The position numbers were made by a program, and so were the translations under genes. The notes under the pieces are model-generated. The model saw only the letters and a list, made by a program, of their open reading frames with translations, ran no database searches and was not told the DNA's origin. Shown in pieces: positions 51,568-64,000 of a stretch of 64,000 bases of DNA; the stretch's first letter is position 1; each line of letters opens with the position of its first letter. The DNA comes from Tricharina praecox (lineage: Eukaryota): the NCBI RefSeq assembly GCF_024521635.1, contig NW_026250423.1, positions 310,001-374,000 on the forward strand, read 5' to 3'.

Positions 51568-51649
51568 TCACCACCTTCAACATCACCACCTTCAATCTCA
51601 CCACCTTCAATCTCACCACCTTCAATCTCACCACCTTCAATCTCACCAC
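51568..51649. repeat. 15-bp minisatellite (TCACCACCTTCAA[TC/CA]) x5.5
   Basis: Direct reading of the sequence. Confidence 0.9.
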
Positions 51650-52291
51650 GTCTCCCTCTTTTCCTTCCGCCTCGTCTCCTCACCCACTCAGCCACCACTC
51701 ACATAGCAATATCATATCCCACTCACAGCCCTCAAAAAAGGAACAGAAAGAACCAACGCCCCCGAAAAAAGTTATATGTAGAGCAACAAAAAAAAAAAAA
51801 AAGTCCTATTAACCTCGCCCGCTACTGGCCACCCAACTTATTCCATACACAAAAACAAGCTGCGTCATGAAAGAAAAGAGAAAAGTAAAGAAAATGCCCG
51901 AAAAGAGAACACAAAGAAGATCGATGGTAGGAGGAAAAAACGGGAAAGAAACATAAGGTAAGGTAAGTAAGGTAAGGTAGCAGGTAGTACAGACACGGAA
52001 AAATGAAATAAAGCCCATTCCCCCATCGCACCTCCCACCACCCAACCAAAGGCCGCCGATACCCCGAACCACAGACCCAAATCGAGAAAACAAATGACCC
52101 AACCCAGGTGGTGACAAAAGAAAGAAAGCTTTCGTGAGGCATACGCGTTAGATGAAGCCAACAAGGAAACCCTATGCAGAAACAATAAGAGACCCCGAAT
52201 TTTTAGCCAAACCGATGTTAGGACGTCTGTAGATCAGTCAGCATCTGTCGTAGGTGAAAAGGAGTAATTCATACCCGTTGGTTGGCATTAC

Positions 52292-54188
52292 CTAGTTGCC
52301 AGCCGGGGCAGTCTTGACGCCGCCCCGTCCACCACCGAAGCTACCACCACGCCCGCCACGTCCACCACGTCCACCACCACGGCCTCCGTCGAACCCTCGG
52401 CCATCACGGTTCGGGAAGCCACGGCCACCCTGGGAAGGGGGCCTTCCGTCTCCTCGGTTCGACGGGCCACCACGGTAGGGAGTATTCTGACGGTGGCGCT
52501 CCTCAACGACAACGCTGGAACCAGCAATGGTGAGGGGACTAGCAATGGCGGAAGCGAGGGCGGCGGGGTTATCAAACTCAATGAAAGCACAGCTCTGCGG
52601 TATATTATTAGCTTTTGATCGTCAATTTGTCGCTCGAGGGAATAATGATACCTTCGTTTTGTTGATATCAAGACTCTTCAAGCTTCCGAACTTAGTCAGA
52701 GCCTTCCGGAGAGCCTCCTCAGTGACCGCGTCGGTGACGTTCTTGACGAATCCATTAGTTGGGCCAGGGGTGGCAGCAGCGCCAGCGCTGGCACCGGCGC
52801 CGGTACGAGAGCGACGCCCGCTATCAGCAGTCTGCCACTGAGATCCTCCACTGGCAACAGCAGGGGAAGCAGGGGCAGCAGGTGCGGCAGTGGTAGCAGG
52901 GGCTGCAGAACCGGCAGCAGCAGCAGCAGGAGCCGAAGTCTGAACTGGAGCAGCCGCGGCGGGAGCGGCAGCAGCGGGAGCGGCAGCAGCAGCGGGGCGA
53001 GCGATAGGGGTGGCAGGCTTGGAACCAGAGGCAACAAGGTTGGCCCAGGTCTTGGGAACAACAGGCGCAGGCGGAGGAGGGGGGGTAGCCTTCACAGGCG
53101 CGGGTGGGGCGGGCTTCTCCTCGACAACTGGCGTAGGAGCAGGTTCCTCAACAGCAGGTGCCTCCGGCTCAGCTGGGGCAGCCTCCTTCTCCTCCTCGAC
53201 CGCCTCAGCCACCTTCTCCTCCGCCTCGGGAACAGGAATGGCCTCCTCGGTACCGTTGGCAGTCTCCTCGGATCCATTGACTGGGGCGGGAGTCTCCTCG
53301 ACTGTGGGTTCGACCTCGGTAGCCGGGGTAGGCGCCAACTCAATTGTCTCCGCAACCTTGATCTTGTCCCCCTCAGCGGTCTCGATCTCCACCGAGCTGG
53401 TCTCCTTGATGCTCATCTCCTGGATCTCTTCAATGATCTCTTCGGTGGCCGCCGCAACAGCCTCCTGGACCTCATTGATGACCTCCTCAGGGTACTCGTA
53501 CTCGCCCTCCTCGATATCGTCATCATCCTTCAAGTATCGGAAGATGTCGTTCAGAACGTAATAACCGTTGGTCTGCTCCGCGAGGAAGAAAGTCTGAGAA
53601 AACTTGCGGTTGGGATTGCCATTGTTGCTCATCTCACCGAGAACCTGGATGATGATACCGTTCATGGCGGAGGCCTGCGAGTCGACGTTTGATACCCGAA
53701 CCTTACAGTCTTTAAACTCGTGGGCAGCAATCTTCTCTGCGATGTCCTATACATCAAGACGAAACGTTAGTCGCTAGTCTTGATCGGACTCGGGGTTGAC
53801 AAAGGATGGTCATATCAACATACCGAACGTCCATGGGCCACTGGCAGGCTCTCACCCTCCGTGCCCCACACCATTATAGACTTCTTGTTGTAGAACAGCT
53901 ATGACGAGAAGAGATCAATCAGCACACAAGAAGTAACAGCAAGAAGAAGCATCAAGCCGAGCAACATACGTTAAGACGTTCCGGTGTCTTATTCAGGGTC
54001 GTGTAGTACTGCTCGACAAAGTACCAGCCAACCTCATCTTTGGGGACCTCTTGGCTCTGTGACTGCTGTTCTGGTTGAGCAGCGGTGGGAGCAGTGTAGT
54101 TTGGTGGTGGAGCACCGGTGGCATTCGTAGGGAAGTGCTGGGGGTCTGCCTGCTGCAGATAACTTCCATTAAGGTTGGGAGACGCCAT
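52292..54188 (-). CDS. NTF2 + RRM + RGG protein (G3BP/Nxt3/Bre5-like). Exons 54188-53970, 53898-53824, 53746-52652 and 52594-52292.
   Basis: EVGWYFVEQYYTTLNK, IIIQVLGEMSN...RKFSQTFFLAEQTNGYYVLNDIFRY, the PKTWANL motif, RRM K|SCAFIEF and an RGG-rich tail ending GRGGVKTAPAGN*. Confidence 0.93.
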
Positions 54189-55869
54189 AACTATTGTGAT
54201 TGTCGATACGGGATAGACTGGTTGAGGGTATAAGGTGGGGTGTAGTTTTTTTTCCTTGGGTGCGCGGGCTGTTCGGCTGCGGAGAAGGAGGCAAGTGGTG
54301 GACGGGAGGTGATGGGTTGGAGAGATGGGTAGGTGAGGTTGACGAGAGAAAAGGTGAATGCAGTTATGCGGTAGCAGTAGTGTTAGCGGGGGGAGGGGGA
54401 GGGGGGGATTGATGGTGTAGTGGGGGATTCGGGGGGGTGGGTTTGGGTTTTTTTGGGTAGTGTGGTTAGGGTGGCGGGCGGATAGGTTGTGCGGGATTGT
54501 TGTTGCTGTTGTGTGTGTGGGCGTTCGGAATTTTGGAGCTAAGGAAACGGTAGAGAAAAAAAAATGTGGGGCGCGACGGCGGCAGAAGAAGATCGGAGAA
54601 AGGTCGGGGAAGCGCCACGTGATCTGGATTGGACAAGGGAGGGTAAATGCTGGGTATTGAGACGATGCGAGGCAAGGGAGAGGAAGGGAAAGATTAAAGG
54701 AATTGAAGGGGGGAGAGGCAGTTGATCGTTGAATGGGTTGAAAGGAGGAGCAAGTTCTCGTCTTGCCTTTAACAAGAAAGAAAGCAAGAAAAGAAAAAGA
54801 GAGCGAGAGGCAGCAAAGTGAATAAAGCAATTGGACCTCCAGCGACCTGCAGCGGCTTGGCATTTCCCCACCTTTTCGCAAGGGAAACTGTTTGTCTAGA
54901 ACCTAACTCACATCAAAGAGTAGGTAGATCGGCTCTGCCAGTTGCTTGCTACTCCCATTCACTCGCGCTCAGTGGAGGTCGATTGGTGATTACGATCGAA
55001 CCCGCATAGGTAGAGGGTCTGAAGCTCACGTACTGGAACCTGGGCTCAAAGCGAGAACAAAGACAACTACAACTGAGCTTGTTGGAGCTGGAATAGCTGG
55101 AGGGAACAGCTGTAAATGCATTGACAGACTCAAGTCCTTTGTGCTCGATCGCGACAGAGCTGAACCAAACCAAACCTGTTGATCTGGCTGAATCTCTTGC
55201 CACTCATATGATCGCCATGTCCAGTCGAAAGAAGGCGGAGCAAAGCAAAGTACACAGGTGCGATGCCGCAGCTGTCCGCGAGCTGAACGAAGCCGATTCG
55301 AGTTCGATGTCTCGAAAAACTGCCGAAGCATACCTTCCGAAGCACTGTTATGCTCACCGAGATCGCTTTCTCCAGCTCAAGACACAAATCCCAAAATTCA
55401 AACGTAGTATATTCAAACAGTATTCCATCTCTCCCGCAGACTCGCAGAAGAGTCATAACTACAAGTAGGTGTAAATCAAATCAAACAAAAATGGCAGCAG
55501 GGTAATCAGAACGAAAAAAGGAGAAGATCATGAGAATAATCGCGCAGGCATAGACGACAACAACAAAAAAAAAAAACAACCCTTCCCAACGCCAAAACCC
55601 GTCTGACTTTTTTACTTGCAAAATCACACGCGTAATGCCTTTCGTAGTCCAGTCCGGCCCAGTCCAATAAAACGAGGGAAAAAAAAGCGAATGTCGAAAG
55701 TTTGTCATCCCCTAACCCCTATATGAGGCAGGAGTAGGTAGGTGATGAGCATCATGATCCAGAATCTAGGTATGTGGGAGGGGAGGGGAGGCGGGCGGAT
55801 GAGAAAACAACCCATACATCCACTACCTCCCTCCCTCGCCGATCCACCCTCTCTCATCGTGACGACCGT

Positions 55870-56235
55870 CTAACCCGACTTCGCGCGCGGTAGTCTGGGG
55901 ACATAATCCTGTCCCTCCATCCTCCACCTCAGAGCGCGCTCCACCTTTGCGCCCAGAGCCAGTTTCTGCAGCATCTCCGTCTTCTGCTCGGTGGGCACAA
56001 AGCGCTGCTGGACTAATCTGCGATCATCGAGTCTGCGGAGACCCTCGTCGATCTCGTTGATGGTGTTGGAATCGGTCGAGTCGCGCTGGGTCTGGGACGG
56101 CGAAGAAGAAATCATGGTGAGCGGACGAGGACGAGGACGAGGATATGGAGAAGAAGAAGATCGCGGACGGTAAGCTGGACTGGGACTCACGAGCATTGGT
56201 CTGGAGGAATCGGCTGAGACGATCGAGCTAGGCAT
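55870..56235 (-). CDS. Small hypothetical protein (121 aa), probably conserved in filamentous ascomycetes
   Basis: ATG-initiated ORF after a CT-rich leader. The C-terminal QRFVP...LQKLALGAKVERALRWRMEGQD looks like a conserved fungal motif (from memory, not searched). Confidence 0.7.
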   Translation of the reverse strand: MPSSIVSADSSRPMLVSPSPAYRPRSSSSPYPRPRPRPLTMISSSPSQTQRDSTDSNTINEIDEGLRRLDDRRLVQQRFVPTEQKTEMLQKLALGAKVERALRWRMEGQDYVPRLPRAKSG

Positions 56236-58045
56236 GGTGGCGATGACGGTGACGGCGGTTGGTTTGGGTTTTATATTTATTCCGAGGGCAGGTTTGGTCG
56301 GGTTGCGTAAAGATGAGGGAGGAGATCAGGGAAGGGGATCGGATCAGGCGATACAGGTAAGGTGTGTGTGTGTTGAGGATGTTGCTTCGGTAAGGTCGGG
56401 GGTGTTGTGTGATAAGGGTTGGGGGACAGAACGTGGGAAAGAACGTGGCGGTGGAAGGGAGGGAAGGAAGGAATGGGTAAATGAGAGCCAGGGGGTGGGG
56501 GACCAAGCCGGTGGTGAGAATGACACACGCTAGGGCGGATGCAAATCTGACAGACACGAGGTGCGAGGTGCGAGGCTGCATGTGTTGACAGCATGGGGGC
56601 GGCGGGTATTCTAGGTAGATACATACCAGCAAAGGCGACCTCGATGCCAGTCAAAGCCACCCCTACTCTGGGTACTCTATGTACATAGTCGACTCTCGAG
56701 CTCTGTCCCCACGATCCATATAAAGTATCCCCATCTCCCCAGACGGCCCTTACAATTATCGACAATTTACCCACCGAATGAAGGCATCCGGGCCGGAAAG
56801 GCAGAGGAAGGAACCCAGGCCGTCGATCCAAGTTCAGTCCAAGCCAGCCTTCACTTGCATGCCGATTACCCAGCAGCAAGTGCAATCTCCCCGGCTGGAT
56901 TCGGATCCGAGCCATCTTGCATACATAAACGTCCGGGACAGCTCTGGGCGCTGCTATAGCCATCAACAATGAGATCTCACGAGTTGATAATTCATACAGC
57001 ATGGAGTCCTAAGGTTATGACTGGCAGATCTCACAACTCCTTCGAGAACAAATCTCGCAGTATAGGTAGTAGACCCCGAGCTCCAAATCTCAGAGCAATC
57101 GAAAGGCCGCGTCTCGGCCAGCCGGCTTCCGCAGGCTCGGCTCTGGGTCTTCCAAGTTCGAAGTCCCAACACACTCTGAACCCCGGCACCTAGAGTATCT
57201 CGGGCTGAAGAAGGCAGACAGATGGGGGCTGTGCAATTGCAATCGGTGTCCCGGATAATTTGGGGTCCGTCTGGATGAACCGGTAAACATCATCGCCGCA
57301 GCCCGAGGAATACCTAGTAAATATCCAGTGAGTCCATGACGACAACGGAAATGTCGGCCCAAGTGTCACCGGTCGCATGTAGGCTCCGGTCAGAATATTG
57401 GTAGTCTCATGAGCACATGCGCAAGCTGAGAGGCGAGTGACGATTGATGTGCCATGATCCTGAAGAACGAAACATTCGGAGCGACGAACTCGTTGAAACG
57501 TCCAAACACCAGTCCAGAGCGTTTGTCTATTGCCAATCCTACTGGTTCCGCTCGCTGAACCCTTCCACCTGAAAGACCGTCCGGTGCAGTAGGAATATCC
57601 CAGTATCGCCAACATACGCGGCCCCCTAACCAATCTGCGACTACAGCATCTGGAAGACTGCGAAAATGTATAAATAGGATAGCGATGACTACTACCTAGT
57701 ACGGATGTAAAGTGAAACAAAGTGGAGGACGGAGAGTGATCAGACTGCTTTGTTTCGGTCAGTGCATAGAGTGCCGGTGTTTAAAGTTTTATGGTATCCG
57801 GGAACAAGGTGCGTAATCCGACTGTGTGAGGAACGCTGTGGCGGTCAATCATGTGTATTGCGTTAGTCTCGTTATCAATCATGAAGCATCCCTTCCCCAA
57901 ACACAGTGAGTAGATCAAGCCAAAACCCAGCAGATATCCAGCCAGAGGAATTATACGCCTTATACTGAAGGTTGACACAGCAATGTGACCGCATATTGGT
58001 GAGAGCCCGGCCAAATTGCAGCGTCCAGTCTCAGTACCGCGTTCC

Positions 58046-58810
58046 TCACTCCTTCAACTCCCTCACCCACGCCACCTCTCCGCCATCCATCGCCACGACC
58101 GTCACCCCCGCCTCGCGCATCTCCTTCTCCGCAGTCCTCGCCCCCTCCTCACCGCCCACCGCCCTAGTCCCCTCCCTAACCACCCAAGTCCTAAACCCAA
58201 ACTTGACCGCATCCCTCGCAGTAGCCAGCACACAGTAATCCATCGCCAGTCCCGCCACGTACACATCTGTAACGCCCTTCTCCTTCAGCAGCCCGGAGAG
58301 CTCACTGACCGCCACGGCATTACATCCCTCAACCCACTGAAACGGATCGCAAAACGCCGAGTACATTTCCACGCGCTCGTCCATGCCCTTGTAGACGGTG
58401 GTGTTGACCTTGTCAACGTCAAAGCCGGCCGCGAACTCTGCACCCGCGGACTGCTGCACGCAGTGGACGGGCCACAGGGTGCTGGTGTAGCTGTGTGCGG
58501 CGTTGGTCGGGTGGACGATGGTTGTTGTGCTCACGAACGGCGGGGGAGACGACGGGTGGTTCGTGGCGAAGGAGATGTGCGAAGCGGGGTGCCAGTCTTT
58601 GGTGGCGATTTTGAGCGCGAACGGGAGGGTTAAGAGCGTGTTAATCGGCGCGATTATGTCGCGGCCGCAGGGGACGGGAAGCGCCCCGGACTGGCTATGG
58701 GGGTTAGTGAGCTGGTCATGCATGCGGGGAGTGGCACAAACTGGTGGGCAGAAGTCTTCTTGGAGGTCCACGATTAAGAGCGCGGGTTTGAAGGGGGTTG
58801 GTGCGGGCAT
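58046..58810 (-). CDS. PNC1: Nicotinamidase/pyrazinamidase (isochorismatase family). Intron 58741-58691.
   Basis: ALLIVDLQEDFCPP|SGAL, ATKDWHPASHISFA, LWPVHCVQ, KG...EMYSAF and VAGLAMDYCV (catalytic D-K-C). Confidence 0.93.
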   Translation of the reverse strand: MPAPTPFKPALLIVDLQEDFCPPVCATPRMHDQLTNPHSQSGALPVPCGRDIIAPINTLLTLPFALKIATKDWHPASHISFATNHPSSPPPFVSTTTIVHPTNAAHSYTSTLWPVHCVQQSAGAEFAAGFDVDKVNTTVYKGMDERVEMYSAFCDPFQWVEGCNAVAVSELSGLLKEKGVTDVYVAGLAMDYCVLATARDAVKFGFRTWVVREGTRAVGGEEGARTAEKEMREAGVTVVAMDGGEVAWVRELKE

Positions 58811-59162
58811 CTTGCGCTGTGGTATGGGTTGAAGCTTGAAGCTGCTGAGAGCGTGGTGGGGTAGGTACTACTTTAGATGAGGTGCGCGTTTTGAGCATGT
58901 GTTTGTGTTACCATCATCTTAACCCACTTTCACCCATAGGCATCACTCAAATTCATCACAGGTGTGCACACGGTAAATGATTGCAAAACTGGAATTCCAT
59001 TTGCAATACAGACGATCAAAAACAGGTATTCATCAAGAGCGGCATCTAAAGAGCGAATGGAGATGGCCACCCAAAGTCAAAACTCAAATCAAAACTCAAA
59101 TCAAAACCACATGGCCAAAGCTCCACTCAAACCCCCCATATCCCAAAGCAAGGCTAGATGGA

Positions 59163-61969
59163 TTACACCGAAACGATCGACTTTCCGCCCTATACGCCAC
59201 ATCACAGTCAGCAATCGTTCCTTTAGTAGAGAATACTCTGGAGAACCCACATCGGCAGTCAACCTCTTCCTGATCTTGACCCTCAGAAACCTGCCTCCGA
59301 GTTTCTCCTGCGTCGCCGAAGATCCCGACCCACTATCTTCTCCATCATAACCATACGACATTTCACTGGCAAATGGAGATTCGCTAAGGAACGCGGAGGG
59401 GATGATGGCGCTGGGACAGAAGATCAAACCCTCGCCAACGCGCAGGTTGATGATCCGCTTGAACAGCTTTGCATCGTCTTCCATGACGGAGACGTGTTTG
59501 CAGAGTGTTTTGAACCACTCGGGGGACTGGAGATGTGTCAGCTTGGAGGGCTTCAAATCAGGCTTAGTGCTGGGAGGCTTACGGTGAATCGGTGGATCAG
59601 CGTCAGAGAACAGAGATCCATAAGTCGAGGATCGATCGTGGGTTCCTGGGTAGAGATGATGATCCGGGCGCCGTAATGACGCTGCTGGCGGATGAGCTGT
59701 AGTAGGGACTCGGTGAGGACCTTTGACGCCGGTGTGTCGGTGATATACTTGTGCGCCTCGTCGACAGCAATGACCTTCCCCACGCCCGGCGTCGAATCTT
59801 GAAGGAAGACACCAAGGCAAATGTTGAACAGCACGCACGCGGTGTTTTCGTCCACGAACGGACAGGACAAATCCACGATAGTGATGCTGCCTTCGGGAAA
59901 TTCGAAGCCATCATTGGTACCCCGCAAGTCCAGGAACGATTCGAGCAGATCAATCCTCTGTTCCAAAGGTTTGCGCTGAAGGGGCATCATGTCGACTTGA
60001 TCTAGGCGGTATTTGAACTCTTTGAAGTTGAAACTGTTAGTCTGCGATGCCATTTCCCTCAGGATCTTGGTGACGTGAGAGATGTACAGCGGCGCGCTGG
60101 ACGATTGGTTCACCGACATGAGAGTCAGCATGGACCCGACGTTCAAATCCTGAGGCCGCAGGAGAAGGGGCTTGACCGTCACTCCTGGGATCTCGGAGTA
60201 CGCGATTTTGAGACCTGCGTAGTTCGATGGAGAAACCAGAACCGTTACCGGTACGGCACTGTGCTGGTCCTTGAACTTGAGGTCCGGACACGCAATGAAT
60301 GCCGCTTCGCACGGTCTGAAGTTGAATCGTGAGGTATACTGGCTGAAATGGAAAACAAGAGCGGACAGTGGACGTTTCAGAATGCCGAGAGTGCGGGTGG
60401 GAAGCAGACAATTCTCTGGTGTCATATATCGTCAGAACGTAGCGACGAGCCACCTGAAGACGGGATTTACTCACCAAGAAGACAACTCAGAGAATGGCTC
60501 TTTCCGGCGCCTTGCAATCCACAGCAGAAGACTGAAAAACTACCGTCGAGTCAGGTCAGCGAAACAACAATGGTATGCTGGAAAACTTACGGATGATTCG
60601 TGTTTAAGAACAGACGTGAATCCGCGATGGACTGTGTCCCATTCGTAAACACTTCGCCCAGTAGTCCATATTGCGGTAAAATCTTCTTGTTTGCCTCGAT
60701 GATATCAACGGTGAAGAGCACAGAGTTCTTGATATCACTATCCGGGAGATCTGAGGGTTTCCGGTCCTGGTCGTGAATGCTAGTATCTAACAAACACATC
60801 TGATCATCAAGGAGAGGGATTTCCTGTGGCTCCTTCTGTTCGTCCTCTTCATGGACGTCAAGTGCCGCTGCAGACGGGGTTAGCTTGTAGTCCAAAGAAC
60901 ATGGTGGTCTTCCATAAACATACCGGCAATTTTAGCGTTACGGTGAATGGGTTTCTCCGGAAGAGGCATCCCTGGGGTAATGGCCCTTGGATTGGCGTTG
61001 AAGCCCAGCCCATTCGTGTCTTGTGCAAGCCCCACTTGATCGTGAGGGGTTGCTAGAGGCCGAGCCACCCAGCCGGAGGACGCCAGCCCACCGCTTAAGC
61101 GCAACTCATAATTACGCAGTTGGCCACCTAATCCTCGGGGTTTCTCGGTATTCCCTGGACCAGGAACTTGTGTAGTGGACGATTGGGCAATACCACCTGA
61201 GGTGGTATAGACATTTGCTCCATTGGCGTGAGCAGTTGCGGTAACCTCGTTGAGCACAGTCTGAATGGCACTCCTTAGATCGTCCTTTTTGGGACGGGTG
61301 TGCGGAGGAATCAATTTCAAGAGCTTGTTTAGAATAGCTTCCTTGCCCAGACTGTCGCCATTTGGGGCTATGCCATGAAGTGGGTACACTGAGCGCACCC
61401 ATCCAACCAAGGCCTGTGGGCGAGCACCATCCGTCGAGTTGTAAGCGGCGGGAAACTCGGGCGAGGGCCCTCCTTTCACTCCTTCGAGACACATCTCCCG
61501 AACCGCATCATTGAGGGCAAATATAGTAGTACCTCCCTTCAGATGAGGGGGAAGCATTGTAAAAAGAATCTTCACAATCTTCACACGACTCAATAGCGCG
61601 CCATCCGGGCCTTTGCAGCAGGAAGGGTATGTCGAGCGAATCCATTCCGCCAAAGTTTGTGCTGAAGACTGCTGTTGTTGCTGTTGCTGCGGTTGCGCTC
61701 CGGTAGGGTGAGCACTCGATGCCGGGGGAAGCTGCGAAGTCCTAAGCAGCTTGGTGAGCACTCGGTACGATCACATTTCTTTTGAAAGGATAAGCTAACT
61801 TGCTCAGATGATTCACCGCCTGCTTCACTTGTAATTCGGTATAAGTAGGGAAGGCCCTAATTAACCGCTGCTTGTACTTATCAGTGCCAATGAAACTCCC
61901 TTGTGAGTTAACTCCCAAAACGGGGTACTGTTGGATCACCAGCTGCAGGAGATGCGGAGCCGGCGGCAT
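59163..61969 (-). CDS. HerA/FtsK-like P-loop ATPase with a three-repeat N-terminal region. Introns 61799-61742, 60923-60868, 60590-60540, 60474-60416, 59582-59527 and 59250-59190.
   Basis: Spliced Walker A FLNTNHP|FSVFCCGLQGAGKSHS, Walker B IAVDEAHKY, the HerA-type RQQRHYGARIIISTQEP and the end RKRLTAD|GGKSIVSV*. Six GT-AG introns link four track ORFs in frame. Confidence 0.82.
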
Positions 61970-62919
61970 CTTCGCGGCGGGTGGTGGTGATGGGTGGATG
62001 GGTGTTTCTGAGTCGAGATTTAGGTGTGGTGAATGTAGTGGAGTGGGTGGGTGACGAGTCCTGGGAGAGAAGTCAGGATACAACAGCACAAGTTGGTTTT
62101 TTTTTGCGTCCTGTGGTGTGGGTGAGCCCGATTGGTCGGCGTGTCCTCGCAAACGTGCAGTCGGTCAGCGAATCAAGCGCTGGAAAGCTTCAACGAGTGG
62201 TGCGACGGAAAGAGTCAGAGCTGGGGTAGACGAAATGCACCCGGACCGGCGACACCCAAACGGGAATACGGATACGCTCCAGGTTGAGAACCCGAGGAAC
62301 AGGGTGGAGAGGTCGTGCGATTGCACTGAACGGAAGCAAGTCACAATTCAAAACTGGGCCCACAGATCTTGGTTGGTCGTGAGAAGGCTGGCGGAAAAGG
62401 GAGGGTAGGATGGGAAGGAGAGGGACGTTAGGGGCGAGTGACATTTTGTGAGGGGCTGTGGAAAACATCCCTAGTACGTCATTGTTCCAAATAGCTAGTC
62501 TAAATGGATTGCTGCTCAAAAACATCGTAGTATGTAAACAGAGTGAAACTTTGAGTGTGACGGTGAACTTTGATGGCGATGATTTAGCCACGTGAAATCA
62601 CTCGTCGAATGACAACAGTCGATGTTGATGAATAGATTTGGGGCCGCGAAGGATGCCTATTTGTGGCGCCCAGGCCGTGCTTAGCCCAGCGTGTCCTATA
62701 TGCTGGGACAGTCAGATATGTACTGACCAGTAAATTTTACGGTTGACGATCGCACATCATTAGATGCAATCTCGCTCCCGAGTCACCCCCCGCTTTCGCG
62801 GGCCCTGAACCCTCGACGTCGAGTCCAGCGGCAAAGCGCTTGTGTGCGGATATGTAGAGAGTAAGCACGCTGGCGGTAGCGCAAAGGCCCATGTATTATT
62901 CGGATACATATTCCGGATA

Positions 62920-62975
62920 TTTGAGTCTCCGTAGGTATTGGGTTGTTTGAGTCTCCGTAGGTATTGGGTTGTTTG
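62920..62975. repeat. Exact 26-bp tandem duplication (TTTGAGTCTCCGTAGGTATTGGGTTG) x2
   Basis: Direct reading of the sequence. Confidence 0.9.
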
Positions 62976-64000
62976 CTTTTGTTGCATTTGCCGTTCTTCC
63001 CCGCTGTTCCACCCCTTCCCCGCTATTCCATGTTTCCGTGCCTGGTTCTCAACATCCGGAGCACCTAAAACCCTTACATCAGACCCGGCGATCGCTGCCC
63101 ACTGCTGCAATGCACAAAACTTCTGCTGCAGATTTTTTCCCAGCCGGCAAGGGCGAGCACACGACACCGCACTCGCCGTTTTATGCTCATGTTTGTCCAA
63201 GAAGTATCGAGCATGTACATCATAGGTAGCAGGTGACCACCGGGCGGGAACGGAGTGCGGGGGGATGGACGTCGACACTAGACACTAGACGAGCTTACCG
63301 CACGCGCGGCCGTTCGTCCGCCCGAGTCGATCCCGCCCGCCCCGCTTGCCGCCTGGATATCACTCGGGATTCGGTTCCCTCTTTTTTTTTCGAGTTTTAA
63401 AATTTGGTCTTGACTTCTGAGCCTGCCCCCCTACTGCAGGTACACACGGTTATAGATGTCCCACTCGGATCCCGATGTGCACGAACTCTATAGTGCTCGG
63501 CTTAGCTTCACGGTCGAGGACTACTGGTTACCCAGTTAGACCGGACAGGCTCCCATGAATGCGAACCTCCCACCACCACCCCCCACTACTACTCACCACG
63601 ACCACGTGCTGCAATGGCGGCGTGTATGTATCATTCTCTATGTACCTTCCGCTTGCTATGTACATATTTGTGACAGGGTGACGACGTGAGCTGCTTCTTC
63701 TCGTTTTCTCGGCGCCGCGTCCGCCGCAACTGCCGGTACCTAGAGTAGATACATAGTGGGGGTTCCGTGTGCACAGTTTTCCGGCAGCGGAGATCGTGAG
63801 ATGAGAAGAAAAAATGAAGGTGAAAGGACTACATACGGTACATACAAATTTCCTTTCGTTGAGATCTCCAGCTTCAGGAACCTCCAGATGGTCTACATAT
63901 GTACATACAAAGCGAGAAGGCTCGGACCCTCCCCCGACCTACGTAAGTTCCTTCCTTCTCTTGCTAGCTGGGCCTACATATGTATGTACATAGGGGATTA

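Noticed and set aside
55121..55468. A 115-aa plus-strand ORF, and other intergenic ORFs at 38700-42800 and 56300-58000
   Set aside because: Mostly non-ATG starts, with no codon bias, motifs or convincing splice structure.
60868..60923. Apparent frameshifts between the ATPase ORFs, suggesting a pseudogene
   Set aside because: Each break is explained by a canonical intron, for example GTATGT...GCTAAC...CAG.

Overview
A 64-kb segment of a filamentous ascomycete genome, inferred from short GT-AG introns with RCTRAC branch points and microsatellite-rich intergenic DNA; a Pezizomycetes-like lineage is only a guess. I can reconstruct 18 protein-coding genes, most of them spliced. Ten are recognisable: RRS1 (partial), RSM23/DAP3, HEM1, TAH18/NDOR1, VTS1, UTP21, MRPL17/mL46, an Mpv17/PMP22 protein, an NTF2-RRM G3BP-like protein and PNC1. 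The rest are a divergent TFIIA-gamma (TOA2-like) gene missing from the ORF track, a chromo-like protein, an F-box-like protein, a JlbA/IDI-4-like bZIP factor, a membrane-anchored septin-like GTPase, a HerA/FtsK-like P-loop ATPase and two hypothetical proteins. A non-autonomous hAT-type MITE family is also present: one intact copy with a 14-bp TIR and 8-bp TSD, and a nested cluster. The most striking feature is the bZIP locus. Its long ORF has no AUG before the leucine zipper, and the only nearby AUG gives a 4-aa uORF, a 28-aa uORF or the full protein depending on how one intron is handled. Also notable are three copies of an unrecognised ~55-aa module at the N-terminus of the ATPase and the altered TBP-contact motif of the TFIIA-gamma. 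No tRNA, rRNA or CRISPR array was recognised. All family calls come from motif recognition by eye, not database searches.
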